From positions 1 through 36,060 of the IMG/VR virus record IMGVR_UViG_3300032277_000033: DNA of 36,060 bases; one strand, given 5' to 3'. The first letter of the stretch is position 1. Each line of letters opens with the position of its first letter. A program made the translations under genes and the position numbers. Below, in pieces: positions 1 to 7,981 of the stretch. The notes under the pieces are model-generated. The model was given only the letters and a program-made list of their open reading frames with translations. It was not told the DNA's origin and searched no databases. This DNA comes from a virus. Taxonomy: Duplodnaviria > Caudoviricetes.

Positions 1-2
1 TT

Positions 3-149
3 CCTAATGAGCATTGCGAAATATGCGGAAGCATTATGGCTATTGAAGCTCACCATGATGATTACTTGAAGCCTTTAAATGTTAGATGGCTTTGCTCTTG
101 TTGTCATAAGCAATGGCATAGAGATAACGGAGAAGGGCTTAATGGTTAG
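3..149 (+). CDS. 3' end of HNH-like zinc-binding endonuclease (partial, runs off the window edge)
   Basis: Manual translation PNEHCEICGSIMAIEAHHDDYLKPLNVRWLCSCCHKQWHRDNGEGLNG*. The CxxCG...HHDDY.KPL.V.WLC..CH motif also occurs in 28614..29048. Confidence 0.8.
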   Translation, partial: PNEHCEICGSIMAIEAHHDDYLKPLNVRWLCSCCHKQWHRDNGEGLNG

Positions 150-178
150 CCTTTTTGATATAGATCAATAAAGAATAT

Positions 179-304
179 GCGGGAGTAACACAACGTAAAT
201 GTGAAAGCAAAGGGCATGTCCTTGTTATTAGCGCCTTAGTACGGTTGGTAGTGTGTGGTTTACTAAAGCCATTGTTGCAGGTTCGAGTCCTGCCTCCCGC
301 ACCA
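179..304 (+). ncRNA. tRNA-like element (126 nt) with intact acceptor stem, T arm and encoded CCA but a ~51-nt insertion; anticodon indeterminate
   Basis: GCGGGAG (179-185) pairs with CTCCCGC (294-300). T arm GCAGG-TTCGAGT-CCTGC (277-293); ACCA at 301-304. D-like arm GTAC-GGTTGGTA-GTGT (239-254); arm TGGTT-TACTAA-AGCCA (256-271). Confidence 0.75.
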
Positions 305-373
305 TATATGCCCTGCTTTTCACTTAACTAGCACTTTGGTTTGAGGTGGGGTATTTTAAATTAGGAGAAGAAG

Positions 374-922
374 ATGAGTGAATTAACTTTTGAAAAGTTT
401 CCAAGTATAAAGCGTCTAAAACGCAGCTGTGTAATTACTGAAAAACTTGACGGAACAAATGCCCAAATTAATTTTGATGTTGATGGAAATATTCTGTGCG
501 GATCAAGAAAAAGAGTTATAACGCCTGAAGATGATAATTTCGGATTCGCTAAATGGGCTTATGAGAATAAAAATAAACTGTTTAGTATTCTTGGTGAGGG
601 CCGACATTATGGTGAATGGTGGGGGCAAGGAATACAACGTGGATACGGCATGGATAAGAAAGTATTTAGCTTATTTAATTCTGGGAGGTGGGGTAAAAAG
701 GAGCTGGAATTAGTAGATCAATTAAGTGTGGTTCCTGTTCTTTATGCTGGTGAGTTTACAAGCACTCATGTGGATGATGTGATGGCGCAACTTAAAGGCT
801 ATAGCATAGCCGCTGAAGGATTCAGAAATCCAGAGGGTGTAATTGTTTATCATTCTCAAATAAAACAAATGTTTAAAGTTACTTTTGAGCATGATGATAC
901 TGGCAAGCCATACGGAGCATAA
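374..922 (+). CDS. RNA ligase (small Rnl2-like nucleotidyltransferase domain)
   Basis: Motif I EKLDGTN, GEWWG.GIQ, EGVIV and C-terminal FK; RBS AGGAG upstream. Confidence 0.8.
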   Translation: MSELTFEKFPSIKRLKRSCVITEKLDGTNAQINFDVDGNILCGSRKRVITPEDDNFGFAKWAYENKNKLFSILGEGRHYGEWWGQGIQRGYGMDKKVFSLFNSGRWGKKELELVDQLSVVPVLYAGEFTSTHVDDVMAQLKGYSIAAEGFRNPEGVIVYHSQIKQMFKVTFEHDDTGKPYGA

Positions 923-923
923 A

Positions 924-1103
924 ATGATAGCAAAGATAATTAATAGTATTTTCTACACTGTCTGCATCTTACTTATCATAGGCTTATTTGTGGTCTTTGG
1001 GAGTAAGACGGCTAAAGCGTGTGATGAAGATGATCTAACAGAGATTAGCCTTAAAGAATACTATATTTGTTACGGGGGCTGGTGTGAAAGATCAAAAAGA
1101 TAA
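924..1103 (+). CDS. small hypothetical membrane/secreted protein
   Basis: ATG at 924 directly after the ligase stop; hydrophobic N-terminal stretch followed by AKA-CDEDD. Confidence 0.55.
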   Translation: MIAKIINSIFYTVCILLIIGLFVVFGSKTAKACDEDDLTEISLKEYYICYGGWCERSKR

Positions 1104-1159
1104 ACCGCGTACAGGATTAATAGTCGCCTTTGGCCTTTGCATTGTCTTTTGGGTATATG

Positions 1160-1636
1160 TTATTCGTTGGCTATGCAGTCTAGCTTCTTAACCCTTTCAA
1201 TCAACGCATTGTGGCTATCTCTATATTCATTGTAGAGCTTAGCCCATTTTATTGCGGTTCGAGTAACTCCACCCTGGGAAGCTCTGGCATTTCCTGCATT
1301 AACACTGGCGGCAGGCTTACTTTCTTGCATCCCCTTACGGGCGCTGATGAGCAAGCTTGCATCAATATCACAGCTACGAGTATCAGGGATAAGAACATCA
1401 ACTTGTTTAATGATTTCTTCATATTGAACAACTCTCTCAGTTTTTCGATTAAGCACAGCAAGAGCCAAACTGTTAGTGGCATTCTCATATTCCAACCTCT
1501 GTGATTCAAGCCTGTTCTCCAGCTCATTTAACGTCTCTAAGTGCTTAACCCTCTCTGATGTACGTCCAGCATGATATACACCTGTTAACGCACCTAAAAC
1601 TAGGGCTAAAATAGCAACATATGCCCATATCTTCAC
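1160..1636 (-). CDS. i-spanin (Rz-like)
   Basis: N-terminal TM helix then coiled coil; last gene of the lysis cassette; contains an embedded lipoprotein ORF in another frame. Confidence 0.75.
   Translation of the reverse strand: MKIWAYVAILALVLGALTGVYHAGRTSERVKHLETLNELENRLESQRLEYENATNSLALAVLNRKTERVVQYEEIIKQVDVLIPDTRSCDIDASLLISARKGMQESKPAASVNAGNARASQGGVTRTAIKWAKLYNEYRDSHNALIERVKKLDCIANE
1249..1422 (-). CDS. o-spanin (Rz1-like lipoprotein) embedded in the i-spanin gene, 57 aa
   Basis: From the internal ATG at 1422: MKKSLNKLMFLSLILVAVILMQA-CSSAP..., a signal peptide with lipobox Cys and a Pro-rich mature part, fully nested as in lambda Rz/Rz1. Confidence 0.75.
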   Translation of the reverse strand: MKKSLNKLMFLSLILVAVILMQACSSAPVRGCKKVSLPPVLMQEMPELPRVELLEPQ

Positions 1637-2022
1637 TAGCAGTGATCCGGATCAACATGGTTTAGCAAACGACAGAACTTTACAGCTAAATTATATCGGG
1701 TAACAACATCTTCATCATATACGGCAGGATTCTCTATCATTATTTCGTGATCTCTTTTATACATCTTTAGCCTAGCAGTAAATGTTTTATCTCTACGGCC
1801 CCATTCTGGGAATTGCCTAAACCACAATGCACCAATAGTCATATCATAAAGAATATCAGCAAGAATAAAGGCTAGCCCAAAAGGCACACCGATTATCTGC
1901 CAGAATACATAAGCGGCTTTCCTGCCTTCTGCTTTCGCTTCTTTATGTTCCTGAACTATAAGGTTTAATAGATAGAACCATCCGTATAGATAGACTGTAG
2001 GCAATATAAGTATTTTAGTCAT
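1636..2022 (-). CDS. conserved phage membrane protein
   Basis: Two hydrophobic segments; T.RL and C-terminal C..L...DP.HC pattern familiar from phage lysis-region proteins. Confidence 0.6.
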   Translation of the reverse strand: MTKILILPTVYLYGWFYLLNLIVQEHKEAKAEGRKAAYVFWQIIGVPFGLAFILADILYDMTIGALWFRQFPEWGRRDKTFTARLKMYKRDHEIMIENPAVYDEDVVTRYNLAVKFCRLLNHVDPDHC

Positions 2023-2039
2023 TCTATTATCCTGTTCTA

Positions 2040-2438
2040 CTAATTAACAACACATTGCATATTTACCTGACCTACATCAGCAACCATATCCGCCTGCCAT
2101 GTCCAGGTGCAATCCTTATTACACATATCTGATATAGGAGCCGAATCGTAAGTAACGAAAACAGGTTGAGCCAACCAAAATACGGAGTCTGTTCCTGCCT
2201 CAGTCACCATGTTAACAAACTGACTACAGCCCATTATCATTCTTACTTCAAATTCATCACCTACTGGAATAGCTTGAGTTCTAACAGGGGTAATTGCCTC
2301 TGTATCAACTATCTCTACTCTACTGCCCAGTGCATCTGTGTAAACTTGAACCGCATCAGGTGAAACAGGTAGCCCCAAAAGGCTTGTTAAACCCGTACAG
2401 GCAACTAAAAATAAACTAATAAACATGATTTTTTTCAT
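2040..2438 (-). CDS. putative lipoprotein/secreted protein
   Basis: MKKIMFISLFLVAC lipobox-like signal; four further Cys. Confidence 0.55.
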   Translation of the reverse strand: MKKIMFISLFLVACTGLTSLLGLPVSPDAVQVYTDALGSRVEIVDTEAITPVRTQAIPVGDEFEVRMIMGCSQFVNMVTEAGTDSVFWLAQPVFVTYDSAPISDMCNKDCTWTWQADMVADVGQVNMQCVVN

Positions 2439-2617
2439 TGTGGGTTCCTTTTTGTGTATTTATCTGCTGCTGCAAGGGCGAAAACTGAGGGGATAAGGAT
2501 GGATAATATTTGCATATAACCTGCATCATCGAATCTAATATAACTACTAAACATAACAATGTAAGAAAACACCCATTTCTTTTCATTGAAAATAGTTGTT
2601 ATACCGTTGAAGCTCAT
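2435..2617 (-). CDS. small two-TM protein, putative holin
   Basis: 60 aa, two hydrophobic segments, basic C-terminus, lysis-cassette position, 4-bp overlaps with neighbours. Confidence 0.5.
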   Translation of the reverse strand: MSFNGITTIFNEKKWVFSYIVMFSSYIRFDDAGYMQILSILIPSVFALAAADKYTKRNPQ

Positions 2618-2859
2618 TTTTGAACCCCGTATTTATAACTAACAAGGATAATAACGATTGTTGCAAGTATCTTAATGGTTTCTATTAAATGGGTAAGTAA
2701 TCCTTTATTTGAGGGCTGGTCTATTCTTGCTGCATTTACGAGCGCATCAGTTTTTAATTTATTATTCTCCGCTTCTAAACGTCTCAAGTCTTTTAATAAA
2801 TCTTCGTATCTCGACTCTAACACCAGTAATTTTTCTCGATCCGTGTCTGCATTTGTCAT
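2614..2859 (-). CDS. coiled-coil plus C-terminal TM protein (holin/antiholin-like)
   Basis: Heptad-rich N-terminus, single C-terminal TM segment, lysis-cassette position. Confidence 0.5.
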   Translation of the reverse strand: MTNADTDREKLLVLESRYEDLLKDLRRLEAENNKLKTDALVNAARIDQPSNKGLLTHLIETIKILATIVIILVSYKYGVQK

Positions 2860-3335
2860 CTATGACCGCCCACATGAGAAGTATCCCGCCTATTATAATG
2901 CCTAACCCTAGTATATATTCCATAAACCAATCCTCGGAAAGCTAGAGTTAACTGAAGAATCATAAAGATATTCATTATTACCGCATATTCCATACCCATG
3001 ATCTCGTCCGTGTTTATGCTTATTAGGTCTCCAAACCATCTAGCAAAGTGGTAAGCCCCTATTATTAGACTTAACTTACCTAAAAATCTATCCCCTGTTT
3101 GGGTGATTAGATGATAAAACAGAATGTATATAACCATCATATACCCATCAAAGTATAGACCATCATACATATCTAGGGTTATAACGAGCGTAGAGAAGCC
3201 AAGAGTTAACATAAACTGCGAGGCTAAGAGTAGGTTTGATTGTCGATAAGCGCAGCCCTTTTGCGAGAAAAACGCAATTAAACAGGCTGCAACTATAAAG
3301 CACAAATCAGTTAGTAGGTGCGGATAATCTAACAC
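2856..3335 (-). CDS. multi-pass membrane protein
   Basis: About five hydrophobic segments; GTG start abuts the stop of the upstream micro-ORF. Confidence 0.65.
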   Translation of the reverse strand: MLDYPHLLTDLCFIVAACLIAFFSQKGCAYRQSNLLLASQFMLTLGFSTLVITLDMYDGLYFDGYMMVIYILFYHLITQTGDRFLGKLSLIIGAYHFARWFGDLISINTDEIMGMEYAVIMNIFMILQLTLAFRGLVYGIYTRVRHYNRRDTSHVGGHR

Positions 3336-3386
3336 TTACTTATGACCTGGCTTTTTCTTCTTCTTCTTTCTTGGACGTGCTGCCAT
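3336..3386 (-). CDS. 16-aa polybasic micro-ORF MAARPRKKKKKKPGHK
   Basis: Manual translation; AGGAG RBS 8 nt upstream of the ATG; occupies the gap between 3404..3835 and 2856..3335. Confidence 0.6.
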   Translation of the reverse strand: MAARPRKKKKKKPGHK

Positions 3387-3403
3387 TAGCTTGTCTCCTG
3401 TCT

Positions 3404-3835
3404 TTAGGTTATTGGGTTTTTCCAATCATCTACAATTATAAGTCTAAATTCATCATCATTTGATAATATAGCCATAAACTCATTATAACCCGCTTTACTG
3501 GATTTTATACCGCTGCTGCTACCTAACTGACCAAACTCTTCACCAATCAGTATGCAGCCTCTTGAATTATCATCTAAATTGCCTTTGTGAAATAGTATGT
3601 GTGTTCTATTTTCCACATTAGTCACTTCAAACGTATTCCCAAAACGATGGCTATTAACACGATTACAGATATATTCACCAGCAGGAATACAAGAACCTGG
3701 CGTATCGCCAACACTAGGCAGATTATCCAGCCACTCCCTTTCAAGCGTTAATGCGAAAGGAATATTCTCAAATACAATGGCGCCAAATGTACCTTGCCCT
3801 CCTGTAACTAATCGTCTAATAATTAATGACTTCAT
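3404..3835 (-). CDS. DUF5675-family protein, putative endolysin
   Basis: T.G...TLE..W..N...SCIP.G.Y...R..ILFH.GN...S.GCIL.G pattern; first gene of the lysis cassette. Confidence 0.75.
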   Translation of the reverse strand: MKSLIIRRLVTGGQGTFGAIVFENIPFALTLEREWLDNLPSVGDTPGSCIPAGEYICNRVNSHRFGNTFEVTNVENRTHILFHKGNLDDNSRGCILIGEEFGQLGSSSGIKSSKAGYNEFMAILSNDDEFRLIIVDDWKNPIT

Positions 3836-5776
3836 TTATGGCAACGTACTATGATCGGTGTAACTTAGCACCTGCCAAAATGCAGCAGAGCCGTTGTATT
3901 GCGCTCTAACCACTAAAGTATCGCCTGGTGATAAAGTAATACTGGTTTTTGCTGACTGATTATTGAAGTTGTCGCCTGTGTTGCAAGCTATCGCCAGTGT
4001 AGCTGTACTAGTGCATCCATTAGTAATTTCAAACGGAATACCCACTGATGTACTCGTCCCGCCTACACCATCAACTAAAACAGGAAGAGTCCAAGTTCTA
4101 GCAGTTGTAGTTGCCCCTGGTGCCCACACAAAAGAACCTGAAGAGTAATGCGTTACTGTATAGTCTGCATCGTTTGTTCTATGAGTACACCTTTGCCCTA
4201 ATGTTTGATTAGCATAAATGAATGAGCCACTTGACGCCGTGAGCGTTTTTAATGAGTATTTACTACCCATTAAATTACCAGCCAGGGTTAAATAAGATTG
4301 AGAATTACCACCATCATAATACATGCCAATAGGTGCGGCCTGGACTATTGCGTTAGGGTAAGTGCTTAGGTTTATCTTTGCCCCTAAGTTATAAAGCGCC
4401 TTATAATGATTCTGAATATCTACTGCTAAGAAGGTACTTAAAGAACGATAAGTGCCTACTGCATCTCCTCGGAATACGATACTAGAACAGCATACTTCGC
4501 TACCAGTAACGCCTTGATCACTAGGAATTAAGTTAAGATCAGCAATTACTCTTGCATTCTGCCAAAGCATTCCACAAGTTGCACTACTTTCAATGTCTAT
4601 TCCAAGCATAACTGTTGGTTGTATCACACCGCCCGTATTTGTTGGGCCGTATCCGCACACCTCAACACCTGGGAAACCATGTGTAATTATTGTTGGGCTT
4701 GCTGATGTTGGCGTTAATGCATTGCCAGTATCCCCTTGTAAGTGTGCTATCTGGATAGTATCAGTATCATCATTAGCAACTACAAAATATGTTTGTAATG
4801 TAACTAAACCACCTACAGATGATGTAACAGATACAGGCATATCAATTGGGAATTTAGTTATATCAGATGGTGTACCTAGAACTATATCCGCTGTTCCATC
4901 TGTTGTAGCTGCACCTGACTGGAATGTACCACCTGTATTGCACTGAACATGGAAATAGTTATTGTCATTGAATGTGGAACCATTGCGAGCCTGAACAACA
5001 ATACCTCGTGTTAAGTCTTGTGAAGGTTCAGCGAATAAATAACGGTACGAGTTATTACCATGATTGTAAACATTGTGTGAGCTACGAAACATCATGCCGC
5101 CAGTTGCACCGGAGGCCATGTTTCTAACAGTTAAATCAGTAAAATTACTTAATGAGCAGTTTTCAAAGTAAAACCCCCATCCTGTGCAGTTAGTTGCAAA
5201 TAAATTTCTAAACTCCGAATAAAAAGCACCCGAAGCCTCTAATGCACCAATTTTTACAGCATCAGTGAAGTTATCAAAGGCCATGTCAAGAATACCAGTA
5301 CCGTATATCGATTCTGCATACATTTCGCCAGAGTTTGCTGGAGCAGTTGTATCAGCAGGATCATAAACAAAGCATCTAGCTCCACCATCGCCCTGCATAA
5401 TAGTACCGCCGGACAACGTAGCTGCGGTTGATGTATTCCACCCAGAACCCCGCACCTTAACACCTGAAACTAAATTAATAGCTGTTGTGACGTTGTAAGT
5501 GCCTGCAATCAATTTAACAGTACCGCCCGTTGATGATAGGCTGTTTATAGCCGCCTGTATTGCTATGTCATCTGATGAACCGGATGGATTTACAACTACC
5601 TCATTATAGCTGGTTTCATCTACCACCCATCCAATAGTTGAGCCACGGTACTCATATATAATACCTGTGTCTGTTTCGTAAAACTTAGTTGTTACCTCAA
5701 CATTAGTAGTCGGCTTTGTTTCTGAAGAAAGGCCAGATAATATTCTTGACTGTTCACTTAATGATATTGATTCCAT
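3836..5776 (-). CDS. tailspike / receptor-binding protein with pectate-lyase-like beta-helix (646 aa from ATG 5776)
   Basis: DDIAIQAAINSL...GGTVKLIAGTY...V.VRGSG beta-helix entry motif; Gly/Ser/Thr/Asn rich; C-terminal T.TLP...W domain; N-terminal module shared with the two upstream genes. Confidence 0.8.
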   Translation of the reverse strand: MESISLSEQSRILSGLSSETKPTTNVEVTTKFYETDTGIIYEYRGSTIGWVVDETSYNEVVVNPSGSSDDIAIQAAINSLSSTGGTVKLIAGTYNVTTAINLVSGVKVRGSGWNTSTAATLSGGTIMQGDGGARCFVYDPADTTAPANSGEMYAESIYGTGILDMAFDNFTDAVKIGALEASGAFYSEFRNLFATNCTGWGFYFENCSLSNFTDLTVRNMASGATGGMMFRSSHNVYNHGNNSYRYLFAEPSQDLTRGIVVQARNGSTFNDNNYFHVQCNTGGTFQSGAATTDGTADIVLGTPSDITKFPIDMPVSVTSSVGGLVTLQTYFVVANDDTDTIQIAHLQGDTGNALTPTSASPTIITHGFPGVEVCGYGPTNTGGVIQPTVMLGIDIESSATCGMLWQNARVIADLNLIPSDQGVTGSEVCCSSIVFRGDAVGTYRSLSTFLAVDIQNHYKALYNLGAKINLSTYPNAIVQAAPIGMYYDGGNSQSYLTLAGNLMGSKYSLKTLTASSGSFIYANQTLGQRCTHRTNDADYTVTHYSSGSFVWAPGATTTARTWTLPVLVDGVGGTSTSVGIPFEITNGCTSTATLAIACNTGDNFNNQSAKTSITLSPGDTLVVRAQYNGSAAFWQVLSYTDHSTLP

Positions 5777-5778
5777 AA

Positions 5779-5943
5779 TTAAACCTGCACCCAACCGATA
5801 GGCTGGCCTCTATATTCAAATTTCTTACCTGTATCAGTCTCATAAAATATAGCTGTTATAGGCGTGTTTGTAGTGGGCTTAGTCTCGCCAGACAATCCTT
5901 TTATTACAACGGATTGCTCACTTAAACTGACTGTATCTACCAT
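5779..5943 (-). CDS. 54-aa standalone copy of the shared N-terminal module (not in ORF track)
   Basis: MVDTVSLSEQSVVIKGLSGETKPTTNTPITAIFYETDTGKKFEYRGQPIGWVQV*; RBS GGGGAG; clearly paralogous to the N-termini of both flanking genes. Confidence 0.85.
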   Translation of the reverse strand: MVDTVSLSEQSVVIKGLSGETKPTTNTPITAIFYETDTGKKFEYRGQPIGWVQV

Positions 5944-5994
5944 TGTATTCTCCCCTTTTGTTTAGTGCACATTATTGCTGCCGATTGTATATTG

Positions 5995-6690
5995 CTAATC
6001 AATATACCCCTGTACTAAAAAATTCTGTTTTATAATTCCAGTAAAATCATCATTCAACACTATATCTAATGAGTCGTTATTGTCGCCTATAAGTTCAATA
6101 TCTGTACCTGAAGCGCCAAACGTCCATCTAACTAAAAGAAGTTCATCACCTGCGCCCCACGTCTTAATGTCAACGTCATAGCATAATCTGCCCCATCCAG
6201 CATTAGTCTTGACTGGTATACCATCAGTCAAATCAAGCGTCTGCACCCCATTTGTAGCTTTTTGTGCAATAACTCCATTCGGCAGAGCGGCAGGAAGACC
6301 GCCATACCTTTCAGCTCTCATTGTTGGCCCGTCCTCTATTTCAACTATAATCCTTCTAATGATAAATACTTCACCAGCGGCAGGCTGTATATAAAATCTT
6401 GTTGGAGAAGCATAGTTGCCAATAGCATTTTTCCCGCCTGAAGTTGTGCCATCATCTGACAAATGTCTTGATATTATGGCCTTATGCGGAACACCGGAGT
6501 CAACAATAATCTCTTTTCCATTCTCTTTTACTTTGTACCAACTAATACCAGAAAACTGATACCAATCATTTGTATCAGTTTCTATAAATTTAGTTCCAGG
6601 CAAGACAGTAGAATCTGTAGGCTTAATATCCGTAGATAGCCCATAGATAATCCTGTTTTGCTCTGCAAGTTTTAAGTCTTCAATAGCCAT
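5995..6690 (-). CDS. putative virion accessory protein: shared N-terminal module plus beta-rich C-terminal domain
   Basis: N-terminus LAEQ...GLSTDIKPT...FIETDT...W; lies between tail fibre and tailspike. Confidence 0.7.
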   Translation of the reverse strand: MAIEDLKLAEQNRIIYGLSTDIKPTDSTVLPGTKFIETDTNDWYQFSGISWYKVKENGKEIIVDSGVPHKAIISRHLSDDGTTSGGKNAIGNYASPTRFYIQPAAGEVFIIRRIIVEIEDGPTMRAERYGGLPAALPNGVIAQKATNGVQTLDLTDGIPVKTNAGWGRLCYDVDIKTWGAGDELLLVRWTFGASGTDIELIGDNNDSLDIVLNDDFTGIIKQNFLVQGYID

Positions 6691-6745
6691 TATCTTTATC
6701 TTGTTTCATTATGCTGTTCGCTCCCACCTGATAAATTATACACAG

Positions 6746-7981
6746 TTAAGCCAAAGGTGTTGTTGTAAGTACGTTTAAAGAAGAGCCTATCTCTATAGCA
6801 GCTACAGCTCCGTTCTCAGAAATACCAAAAGAAGTTAACGTGCTACTCGCATTGTACTTATAGTGATGCTCGCTCATAGAGACATTTCCTCCCGAATCTA
6901 TCGCTGTAGAAACTATCTTAATATCAATTGAGCCTGTTAAAGAGTTTTGAACAATATCTGCTACAAAGGAGTTTTCTGTACCTGTTGTTAAAGGAATATT
7001 ATATGTTCTTCCTGCAAAGGAAGCGCTAGCTGTTGCGTTCGTGGTCTCTCTATATTCGTAATTACCAGCAGTGGTATCTGCATTAATATCTAAATTCATT
7101 ATACCAGCGGCAGAAGTAGCGGCTACCAGTTTACCAACCACTCTAATAACCGTATCTTCAGAGACAGAGATTCCACTAACAGATATGCTAGAAGCTGCCG
7201 CACCCGCTATTGTTGTTTTACTAGAAGACGTTCCTATAACAGCGCCTTTTTGCGTCAAGGTTGTACCAGAAGGAAAATCTAAATTACCACTTCCGCCTAA
7301 GACAAGCGACTTACTTGCTTCTGCCGTGCCTATTGTTGTTACATTATTATAATCAAGCTCTGTTTGAGTCGCTAAAAGCCCATCTAGTTTATTGTATTCT
7401 GCTAATGTACCAGTTAGCCCTAATGTGTTTATACCTTCTTGCCCAGTGTTATCATCAAGAAGCGTTTGCATGAAAGTGGTAACAGTTACCGTATCAACAA
7501 TAGACGCAACGTTCTGTAGTCCTGATAAATCAGATTTCCATTGTAAATAATTCCCATCTATAGGGTCTTCTATTGTTACATTTGATATTGTTGAGGTTTC
7601 TGGAAATTGAATTAATCTATCAAGGTTTTCCTGAAGCTGCTGGACTTGCATGGTAAGCTTATCTAAAGCTGTCTCGTGCGTGTCAGCAGGGAAAGAGTCA
7701 TTTTCTACATAATCTGTTTCTTGTGTTTGAGGCACATTTCTTAATATTGTTATTGTTTCACCACTAGCGGGCGCAGTTACAGCAGTTAAAGTGCCTGTAG
7801 GGTTTCCTGCACCTGTCAACGTATAGTCTGTTATTTCAACCCACGTTGTTTCAACGCCTAAAGCATCTTTGTGTATAACTCTAATATGGGAGTTAGCAAG
7901 AAATTTAAAGTTAACCGTAAAGGCAACCGTAACTCCGTTACCTGCATGGTCGTCTCTATTTGTTGAGCTAGATACAGTCAT
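6746..7981 (-). CDS. tail fibre protein with T7 gp17-type N-terminal anchor
   Basis: GNGVTVAFTVNFKF...DYTLTGAG...ITILR...Q.TDY...E.ALDKLTM..QQ pattern; follows the internal virion genes. Confidence 0.85.
   Translation of the reverse strand: MTVSSSTNRDDHAGNGVTVAFTVNFKFLANSHIRVIHKDALGVETTWVEITDYTLTGAGNPTGTLTAVTAPASGETITILRNVPQTQETDYVENDSFPADTHETALDKLTMQVQQLQENLDRLIQFPETSTISNVTIEDPIDGNYLQWKSDLSGLQNVASIVDTVTVTTFMQTLLDDNTGQEGINTLGLTGTLAEYNKLDGLLATQTELDYNNVTTIGTAEASKSLVLGGSGNLDFPSGTTLTQKGAVIGTSSSKTTIAGAAASSISVSGISVSEDTVIRVVGKLVAATSAAGIMNLDINADTTAGNYEYRETTNATASASFAGRTYNIPLTTGTENSFVADIVQNSLTGSIDIKIVSTAIDSGGNVSMSEHHYKYNASSTLTSFGISENGAVAAIEIGSSLNVLTTTPLA

Noticed and set aside
256-271. Amber-suppressor tRNA (CTA in the loop) implying stop-codon recoding
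   Set aside because: The loop is 6 or 8 nt and CTA is not preceded by U33. Core genes are intact in code 11 and TAG is used as a normal stop.
1084-1236. Possible 50-aa hydrophobic ORF (GTG start) on the + strand
   Set aside because: Overlaps the i-spanin 3' end by ~75 nt in antisense and has weak start signals; cannot be supported.
3836-7981. Diversity-generating retroelement as in BPP-1
   Set aside because: No reverse transcriptase and no TR/VR pair seen. The repeated module is N-terminal and its differences are not adenine-specific.
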